Source: Octopus vulgaris (lineage: Eukaryota). Taken from it: 64,000 bases of DNA. The position numbers and the translations under genes were made by a program. The DNA lies in NCBI GenBank assembly GCA_951406725.2, contig OX597815.1, positions 83,886,001 to 83,950,000 on the forward strand, given 5' to 3'. Every line of letters starts with the position of its first letter. The stretch's first letter is position 1. The notes under the pieces were generated by a model. That model was not told where the DNA came from. It searched no databases and worked only from the letters and a program-made list of their open reading frames with translations. This document shows, one piece after another, positions 54,001 through 64,000 of the stretch.

Positions 54001-56774
54001 TGTGTGTGTGCGTAGTTGAAATGTTCCGAACGATTAATGAAGGTAACGATTGCTTACAATATATACACATTCACCCACATACTCCACTACTCTGTTATTA
54101 TTTTATTCCAGATTACTGAAGCAAATAATTATTTAAATTCATGTAATATAGGTATAACTTATTGTACCAATTATTGAAAATTCGAGAAGCAAAAAAAATC
54201 TTGTAACAATTTGTTATATTTTTTTTGTCGGAGATGAAATGTAGAGCGCTAGTCTTCTACACCATCACCGTCACCACACAAATAACACCACCAATAATTA
54301 CAATGACGATAATAATAAAAAAAATGCTGTAGAAATGTGACAGAATATGTGTCAATTACTGCATGCAGACAATATTTCATTGGAAATTCAGAAAGAAATC
54401 AAATTTCCTTCTTGCTCTTGAATACAGGACAAGCCACAAAGGAATAATTTCCTTTATGATCTAAATGTTAAGATAGATATCTCACATTTCTTTCCTTTCT
54501 AACCTATTGTGTGATAAAATGTGCGTAAAACATAAAAACATTTCATTTAATGTCCATATACTTCAGTTAATTCACATAACAAATTATAATTACAATGCCA
54601 CTTTTTCCCTAACGCGTACCAAGTAGCCAATTAATTTGGTCCACTTTAATTTGGCTCTCTTCAGTAATAAAACAGATTAAATTTGACACATTTTCACCTA
54701 AAAGTCTGCATCAGAAAGGCAGTTTGAAAAATGTGTTCTCACTTTCTCAGATTCGTACAAGTTAATATACCATACACGCACCAATTATAGATACCTTTCA
54801 AAGTTATAATAATCAAAATGCCGAATCGTTTAAATACTATAGATAAAATTCCCATTTAATCCTCATTTTTGGGGTCTCCGACAAGCAGAGGACAATGCTG
54901 TAAAAGAAGACATAGGGGAGTGAAAAGACAGCAACAATATGAGCTAGAAACTGGACCATATTTATAAATGATCTTGTGGCAATTAATCTTATAACCTTTC
55001 GGTCGGATGCGATCTACAATATATATATATATATTAATCCGAACATTAGTCGCATTATTCGATATAATTATACTTTATAACAGGTTTGTAGTTGTAGAGG
55101 CCTGAATTATCTCTAAGATACGGGCTTGCTGATTTTTAAGGTACAATCTTTGCTATATTCAGAAAGTGTGTTTGCTCGGTGAAACTGTCAGGAATCCTTA
55201 TATTTTTAATTTTCATTTACATCAACTAGATACATTTTCACCTAGTTAAAATTTCAATTTTATTATTGAAATAAAATTTTTATCGTCATTAATTAATCTG
55301 TCACCACTTATCAATCACATTATGAAAAATACTGTTATTGTACGTCGTCAAATCTTTCTTTCTGAATCCAGCAAAATTCATTCTGCAGTGCCGTAACTGT
55401 TCTACACTGTCGTTTCACAACTAAACAACAACAGAAATATTTTTAAAGTTTTTATTGTTGTATCTGAAATAGTAGAAAGTAATGACATTTTGTAATCATC
55501 ATCTTCCGAAGTAACTGCGCTATCTAAAGTTCAATTCCTTCAATAAAGAATCTACCTAAGGGATTCATTTTTCAAGCTTCTTGTTCAGTGGCATTCATGT
55601 TGATTCCGATTGAGATTATTCTTTTTTATGCATCGTAAGAAAATAATAAATATGAAATACGGTGATCTTCATAATATCCCTTCTCCACTTGCATCAATAG
55701 AACAATTCATGTAAATATCCCCGAACAGTGAATTGAAACAAGCTACTAGTCCCGATTTGCGGAAATTTTAAATATAGTTTTTGTATTTCTGAAAAAAAAA
55801 AAGATGTCATTTTAGAGAAACATTATATCTAATTGACTTAATTCTGTGTTATTAGTGATGCATGTCTTTCGGCAGTTTCGGAAGTGGAGACGAAAATGAA
55901 ACTGTTTGATGAGAATGTGAATTAAGAATACAAATGGCCGAAACTAATGACCGTTTGCGTTAATGAGCTCTAATATTTTTCATATTGATTTATCATTTAA
56001 TGTTCATTATTTTCTGAAACAACCCACCAACTAAAAGTATATTCTTCGGAATCGATTCCAATATATTAATGAAATCTGTTGAAATATTAACCTTGGGAAT
56101 TTCCAAACAAGGTCAAAGCATGACTAATATTACACTAAAAGATGAACTTTGAAATTAAACTTAGAACTCGGAACAAAAGTGCGACGCACTGCTTTTGGTA
56201 TCTATACTGAGTACTTCAATTGTTAATGTTAATACGCAGGATCTTAAATAGCAATTCAATTTACATTTTAATACTATATTTATCATTCATAAAAGTAAGA
56301 GTAACTTCATTCTCATTTCTTTATACATATTGCGTCCTTGAGGCTAAGTAGTAAAGACTTGCTTTCCATGCAATGCAAACTATGAGAATACGTTTATAGC
56401 TTTTGGTTCATCATAGCTTATAAAATATAAAGCTGAAGTTATCTTCCAGGATAAAGAATAAAACATTGTTTCATACAAAGGAGGAAAGGAGCTTTATTTG
56501 TTTCATTATATAAATGAATTTATTTTATTTTGTTATGGAATTATTTATTTTTATTGTTGTCGTATTTAATATTTCTATCATCGTCTTTTCCTCCTCACCT
56601 CCTCTTTCTCATCCACCTCGTGAGAGTATTATTTACTTCGTAATATGAATTGATTTTTGCTACATTTGTAAACAAAATATGTTTCGATAATAATATAAAA
56701 ATATTTTCTTATTTTGTTGACGACTGAAAGTATTTCTATATTTTATTTCAATATACAAGTGTATATTCATTTGT

Positions 56775-56819
56775 ATACACACACACACGCGCGCACACAT
56801 ATACTTATGTGCATATATG

Positions 56820-56886
<67 letters not shown>

Positions 56887-57010
56887 GTATATATATATAT
56901 AAGTATATATATATATAAATACATATATATATATATATATGTATACATATATATATACACGTGTGTGTAAATATATATGTATATGTGTGTATATGCGAAT
57001 GTGAATGCAT
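56775..57010. repeat. (TA)n-rich microsatellite field
   Basis: Direct reading; similar fields at 20260-20400, 34505-34805, 58225-58550 and 62105-62315. Confidence 0.95.
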
Positions 57011-58224
57011 GTATGTATATTTGTTGTATGCGTGTGAGTGTGTATGATAGATGCTTGTATGTGCCTACGTTGTGTGTATGTTAGAATTAGATTATATTTC
57101 CTGCAGTTTACATTTTGCAGAATGGATTTGCTTCCGATATAGATTTTTATGAATTTATATAGTTTTATCATTTTGTTTATGGCTTTTAATCATAGGTATT
57201 TATCTGCTTGTTTGTTTCTCTGTTTTAAAAGGAATGGATTTGCTGGTGCAGCATGAATCTGGAAAGTAATTTATGATATATTCTAAGGTCATGAATAAAT
57301 TATAATGTAAGTTTACCAGCATAAATATATACTCCTGCTAAGTTAGTTAGGTTTAAAAGACGAAAGCGTAACTATGTCGATCGATTTATCTATTTACCTT
57401 CACGCTCACTTACGAGGTAAATATAACTCTGTAATATTTTTTTCTTTTTTGCTTGCTATTCTTCTGCCTCTAAATGATTTTCGCGGCCGAAGTAACTTGC
57501 TTAAGTCTGCCTTCTTACATGCCATTGTAGTGAGTCATTCTAGGTGAACTAATTTATTTTTCATTTTATTGGTTCGGAAGTACATGTCTGTTCGAGGGAG
57601 AATGGAGAATTCATTAGAATTAATATTTGTATACATAGCTTCCCTTAACTGGGTGACTTGCGAGTTATCTTTCATTTATTTGTACAACAGCATTCCACTA
57701 TTGAAAACGAGTCTGTAACAATGATCAATGATCAATGAGGAAAAGTTTATGTATCATAGTTAGAAAATTTCTGTTAATATATGACTTAGGTTTTAAAAAT
57801 GTAGATGTTTATTAAACACTCTTATCGCAATGTGCTTAATCAGGTTCAAATGCCTAAGTGAAATAATTCGGGGATCAGGGAAAATTCAGAAAATGCAGCA
57901 ATGCTTAAATGTAGAGGCTACAGGTACTTGAAATGGTAGTGCATATTTGTTACTAGAACGTATTTGGGATGCGTATCACGTAAGAAAATCAAGAGTTCAT
58001 CGTACTATTTTCTACAATTATCAAATCTAACGGAGTAATTATATCTAAACTATTTCGTCTGATTGCATAAGCTAACGACTTTTCTGGTTATTTTTCATCA
58101 TAATTTTTTCCCTTCTTTCGTTTGCTCTCTATATATTAGGCCACAATAGACCTACGTCTTCTGGAATATGTGTTAGAATAATTTACTTTTTTACCTGCAT
58201 AAAATCTATCTTCCTGATTCCTGA

Positions 58225-58277
<53 letters not shown>

Positions 58278-58320
58278 ATATGTATATATGTATATGTATG
58301 TATGTATATATGTATATATG

Positions 58321-58359
<39 letters not shown>

Positions 58360-58451
58360 ATATATATATATATATATATGCATGTATATACGTATATTTA
58401 TATATATATATATGTATGGATGCATGTGTGTATATATCTATCTATATATAC

Positions 58452-58482
<31 letters not shown>

Positions 58483-58917
58483 AATATATATATATATAGA
58501 GAGAGAGAGGGAGAGAGAGAGAAGGAGTGAGAGAGAGAGAGAGAAAGAGAGATTAGCGAATGAGCAAGTTAAAATATATCCTCTCGATATAAACCCATAT
58601 AAACCCGCAGCCCTTCGAATTGTAACTAGTTTTATAAATGCTAACGCACAAGGGTCTCGGGTTTCGTTGCTTCTGCTATAGCAATATATGCTGTGAATGC
58701 TGGTGAACACTACTACGTTTTAAAGTTGTATATGATTATGTGATTAAATCGGGATAACTTTTGTCTTAAAATGTATCTCATAAATTATATGTAGCTATAC
58801 ATTCACTCACATAATCACACACAAAGACACGCATACACACAGACACAGTATTTTAAGCACATATAATATATTCACACACACACACACACACACACACTCA
58901 TATACATCCATACATTC

Positions 58918-58963
<46 letters not shown>

Positions 58964-60209
58964 TTCCATTAAGCTTATGAATTCACTCTATAAATTACAG
59001 GACCAATTAAGCCCATTGTATAAAGAATTATATTAGTAATATTATTATGGTCCCTTCTCATTTATATGCTAAATTCCATCTGAGTATGAATATTCGAGGA
59101 AATTTCAATGAATAAGAGATTATTCCCGCTTACAATATCTCATTTTTGTTTCTTTGCCCTGAAGAAATTTTGGGAGTCAGTGGTAGTTTTATTGGGGATT
59201 GCGATGATGATGTTGATGATGATGACGACGACGATGATGATGATGATGATGATGATGTTTACGATTATGACGATGATGATGATGACGACGGCGACGGTAA
59301 CTGTGACGATGACGACGACAGAAGGAGAAGAAGAAGATCAAAGGCGAATGGAAGAAAAAAGCTAGAAAATTTTATGACGAGCAAAATCCTGATAATGACA
59401 TGATGAATTATTAAAAAAATGCATCTCTATTCTGTTTTTCTTCGATCTCTTTGAGAAAGGCAAGAAATCCACAACATCCTATTTCTGTTAGGCCGCAAAC
59501 CTGAGACTTAGTGAACTGGAATCAATATTTCTTGCTTGTAACGAAAAGATAGCAACTCTGGTGTGCAATGGAAATATAATGGGAAGTAAAGCGGGTGCGG
59601 ATTGGGTGCGAATCAAAGAACGAACAATGTGGCATGTGCAGAGAAGATAATTCTGGATAATTTCGTTATCCGTCAATACTGTTTCTAAAGCAGAGATTTT
59701 CAAATCCATTAAGTGGTTTTGTTTGAACTGAATATTCTTCGATTAGGCCTGCATTTGATAAATTGAAAATTTCAGTGAAATATGGAGTAAGAAGCCAAAA
59801 TGAATGGAACAGAAGCCAAGTAAATTTGGCTGGACGTTATGTAATGGCAACTTAAAGTAAATTAGATAATCACGTAAGAATGAAAGAGGTAGTTAATATA
59901 GCGACAGTAAGAGAGAGGGGAGGATACTCGTCAAGACGATAACGATGTTTCAATTATGTCAGTCAGTTACATTTACTCTATCTTTATTATGTATAATGCT
60001 TCATTTTGTACATTTTTTTTATTAATAATTTTATATTATTTTACTTTTGCAGTGGTGTGCGAAACGGAGAGAAGTAGGATTCCGAGTGCTTAAAGACGTT
60101 TTCAGAATAAACGAAGGCTGCCAGTTAGAAATGGGAAATGAATGGAAGATTGGGGTTAGTGCGGTTATATTGTAGATGAAGAAATGTGGGGAAATTGTAT
60201 GACTGAAGA

Positions 60210-60260
<51 letters not shown>

Positions 60261-61370
60261 GTATACGTGTCTATGTATATATGTATAAGTATATGTAATA
60301 TACAAGTGTGCGCGTGTGTGTGATTGGAGTGGGTTCCAACTAGGAGATTACAGAGACAAATATAATTTTTAATGCAATGGAAATGAAATGCGTGTGAACA
60401 TATTTAAATCACAGTCATAGAGATATACTATGACAAAGGCAACAAACTAGTCTAACTGTACTATAAAGGCATGTAGAGTGGAACACTCTATCGGATGTTG
60501 CCTCTACCAGAGTCTAGTACGCGTTGATGGCTTCTCGTAGTTCGCACACTACTGAGTTTGAAATTGTTATTCGTTTTCGTAGCGTAGTGTCTGTTTGAAC
60601 ACCCGCACCTGTGGTTTCTTATGCTGCTTTCCTCCTTACGAACGTGTCAGCGTTGTCTGAGTAAACTATTGATCAAATTTCTTTAACTAGGACCATCCCC
60701 TCTTGTTTTCCTTCTTCTTCATTATCCGGAGTGTCCGTAATTTTAGTAAGATAGACAATGTATGAATTTTTTATTTACATCACTTGATGCTCCAATTTGA
60801 AATCTCGACTTCGCCGACTTACCTTTTTCCCATTTCTGGCTTGAGAAAATAAATATCATTCACATCATGCTTCATTCTCTTGGCTATGCGTATGCATTTT
60901 GATATTCACCCCATAGTAAGCACAACTAAATATTCGTGAGTTGTGTAACTATGAGATGATTAATCATTTCAAGATATCTGACGATAATTCACAATAGAAA
61001 TCTTTTCACAAATATTCAGGAGTTGCTTAGGTGTGTTGTCTTCCCTCGAGAAATATTTCCTGCTGCTAAATAATTTACTCCGTGTAAACTATTTTTCAAC
61101 TTAGCAAAATATTCCTACACCCACGCACGAAGAAGATTTTGGTTTTAATGAAAAAAACGATTCCAGTGTTGAATATTTTTCCTACTTTTTTTCTTAAGTG
61201 TTCTGTCTTCTAGCGAATACGAAAATGCATCTGCTGCAAAAAAATTCGTAATTCTTTCGGCAATATTTGAATCGATATTTAAAAAATGGTGATTAAAAAC
61301 CTACTGATGTTCACGTTTTAAATTCACCTTAGAAGATATGACTAATATACGTATCAAAGTACCGTGCTAT

Positions 61371-61716
61371 AATCATGAGCACTCAGAGAGCGTAAACCTC
61401 CACCAACGTAACACCAGCGTCCTCTCAACGATTAGCTGGAGATGATTTTTAAAATGAGAATATCTGAAATAAACTCGACTGCTCTCACAAACGAGAGTAC
61501 TAAAAATGAACCTCAAAAATTAAGTAATAAAAGCGGAAAAATAATCTAGAATTCTTGTCCGGTACAGATCGATCCCAAAATTTAATAAGTTTATGTCAGT
61601 CACGAGACCAAACATCTCTGAAAGTTTCATCCGAATCCATCTTGAGATATCTTGTCCACGGGCAAACAAACATGACTGAGAACAATACCTTCGCCTTCGC
61701 TAAGGCGTAGGTAATA
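61371..61716 (+). mobile_element. Helentron-associated non-autonomous element (HINE/DINE-1-like)
   Basis: 5' gagcactcagagagcgtaaACCTCCACCAA subterminal repeat; aagtttcatccgaatcc body; 3' hairpin TACCTTCGCCTT-cgct-AAGGCGTAGGTA. Confidence 0.7.
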
Positions 61717-61846
61717 ATGAGTAAATACTTTTGCTATTTTATGTTATATATACAATGCCGCTTAAAACATTAACTATAGGCTAACAGCGGTTCCTAAATT
61801 GAATATGCAAAGCATGAGTACATATAGCATCATACATTCTTGCATG

Positions 61847-61907
<61 letters not shown>

Positions 61908-62105
61908 TATAGGCGAGAACGTAGCATTTCGAAAGCAGTATAGCCATTAAAACAGCAGAAAGATTGGGTATTTTTCCCTTATATGATGGAAAAGTGGTCT
62001 GCAGCCAGCCACTGGACTCGAATCCGCAACTCCCAGATACCGGCTGAGTACTCTTCCAAATAAGGTAATCTACCCGCTAACTATAATTCCTGTCATTTAG
62101 AAGCT
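61908..62105 (-). mobile_element. tRNA-like short repeat between (TA)n tracts
   Basis: Minus strand tagattaccttatttggaagagtactcagccggtatctgggagttgcggattcgagtcc has degenerate A/B boxes and an anticodon-arm-like stem. Confidence 0.4.
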
Positions 62106-62243
62106 ATATATATATATATATATGTTTATATATATATATATTTATATATGTATATATATTTATATATATGTATATATATATATATTTATATACATGTATA
62201 TATATATATATAGTGACCACTCTCTTATATTTATTTATATATG

Positions 62244-62274
<31 letters not shown>

Positions 62275-62321
62275 TTATATATATGTATATATATTTATAT
62301 ATATATATGTATATATTTTCA

Positions 62322-62521
62322 ATATGTGACCTCGTGAGTACCACTGGCGATTTTTTTCCTCTGTCTTCCCTTCTCGGGATCTTTCCTTCTCCTATGTTTC
62401 CGACGAAGAGCTCCGCTCGAAACGTTAAACCCTCCTACTTCCCTTCTTTCCTGAGCGTCCAATAATACTTTATTTGTTCCACGTCCTTGCGTTGTTGTAT
62501 TTTTTGTTTTCTTGTTTGGAT

Positions 62522-62526
<5 letters not shown>
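62322..62526 (+). mobile_element. Short Penelope-type pseudo-LTR with hammerhead, in (TA)n
   Basis: Pyrimidine-rich segment with hammerhead motif at 62396-62430, bounded by TA repeats. Confidence 0.6.
62396..62430 (+). ncRNA. Minimal type I hammerhead motif
   Basis: GTTT-CCGACGA-A-GAGC tcc GCTC-GAAA-CG-TT-AAAC: perfect stems I and II, loopless palindromic stem III, U4C core variant. Confidence 0.7.
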
Positions 62527-62572
<46 letters not shown>

Positions 62573-62899
62573 CTTCTTTTGAAATGCAACAACATATGTA
62601 AACAAACTTTTTTCTCGTCTCTACGATACCGTACACATTCCACGCTTCCAAAACCAAAAGCAAAAATGTTTGCATATGTTGTTGCATATACTCAGTAATC
62701 CCACGACTATCACGGGTATTGCGTTCCAAAACCCTTGCAATAGCTGAAAGCCCACGAAGTAGAAACAATACTGTACTGTATATCTTTTAAAGCATTTTCA
62801 TAATCTGTATACATCTGTTTTATTATAAATGCAAAACAACGCCACGGATGACGTAAGCTTAAATAATAAACCGCGATAGGTGAAACGTGATGGGTGAAC

Positions 62900-62982
<83 letters not shown>

Positions 62983-63312
62983 ATGTGGATGCTTGTATCC
63001 ATACGTATAGCTACACAGCAAAAACAGTGAGGAACACAGCGGGTGAGAGATAAAACATGATTAATACCAAATTATTATGTTTAGATACAGGAGCCCTGAA
63101 TTTGGCGGGAAAGCAAGGAATCTAATTAATTGGTTTGATTTGGCTACTATTACTTATGTTGTCAAATGCGCAAGGCAGAAATAATTTATATTCGGTGTAA
63201 ATTGAACTCAACTTGAAGCCTTAGCACAAGTTTGTGGGAGTGATATGGGTTTTGCCAGATTTTTAGGATTACTTAATAACAATAATGCTGATTTTCAATT
63301 GCCACAGCATGA

Positions 63313-63530
63313 AGCGGTGAGCTGGTAGTACCGTTAGCACGTTGGGAAAAATGGATAGCGGCATTTTGTCTATCTTTGTTCTGACTTAAAATTCCGCCGA
63401 GTTTAACTTTGCCATTCATCCTTTGGTGGTAATGATAAAATAAGTACCAGTTGTGCACTAGTGTCGATGTAATGGACTAGCCCAACCATCCCAAATAACT
63501 AGCCTTGTGCCAAAATTAGAGACCAATATT
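63313..63530 (+). mobile_element. SINE family B copy
   Basis: gcggtgagctggtagtaccgttagc..aattccgccgagtttaactttgccattcatcc..gataaaataagtaccag..ccttgtgccaaaattaga. Confidence 0.85.
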
Positions 63531-64000
63531 GTCACAGCCTACTGGATTTTAGGTGAGGCAGGTAGCATTCTTCAGTAACGTTCATTATATCCACTATAGA
63601 TTTACAAAGAGAAAAGATATACAAGATGTGATTTCAGCGCAGGTAGTGCGCAAAACAGTTTGTCCGGTGTTCTTCGACGAAGAAAGACGGTTAAGAGGAT
63701 AATTATATCAGAAACATAAAAGGAAATTACAATATTAACAATACAAGCATTATAGCGAGTAGAAATTATATGCGATAATATATTATAACGTTAGCAATGG
63801 GCAAGATATGACATAATTCTATTTTCAAGTTATACGATAATCTCAGAAACATTTTTTTTTAATTTTGAGAGGGATTTCCTTATATTTCTATTTTTACTTT
63901 GTACTGTATTTATCTATTGAGTAAGATTATTCAAATAATGCACGTCGCTACAATTATCTATAAATACTTCCTTATACCAATCCAATCAAAATATTTACAT

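Noticed and set aside
59491-59650. Possible plus-strand exon after tttctgttag (AANLRLSELESIFLAC...)
   Set aside because: Only ~52 codons before a stop; no recognisable family and no supporting neighbours

Overview
AT-rich, microsatellite-saturated eukaryotic DNA. The repeat content looks like an octopus/cephalopod intron or intergenic region (inferred from recalled repeat families, not database-checked). No intact protein-coding gene or convincing exon was found; nearly all listed ORFs are translations of simple repeats. The window is mostly transposon debris: a decayed Chapaev-like (CMC) transposase, a Tigger/pogo remnant, several R4/Dong-type non-LTR retrotransposon fragments mostly next to (TAA)n, Penelope-like elements with minimal hammerhead motifs, at least four tRNA-derived SINE families and Helentron/Helitron-type non-autonomous elements. 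Most worth a second look: (1) six copies of a ~540-bp non-coding, tRNA-less element in or beside (TAA)n, possibly a passenger of the R4/Dong machinery; (2) a set of divergent hammerhead ribozyme motifs; (3) a near-intact tRNA-Glu fused to a retroposon tail; (4) a Penelope insertion whose inversion junction is a 46-bp palindrome. All coordinates were read by eye and element boundaries are approximate.
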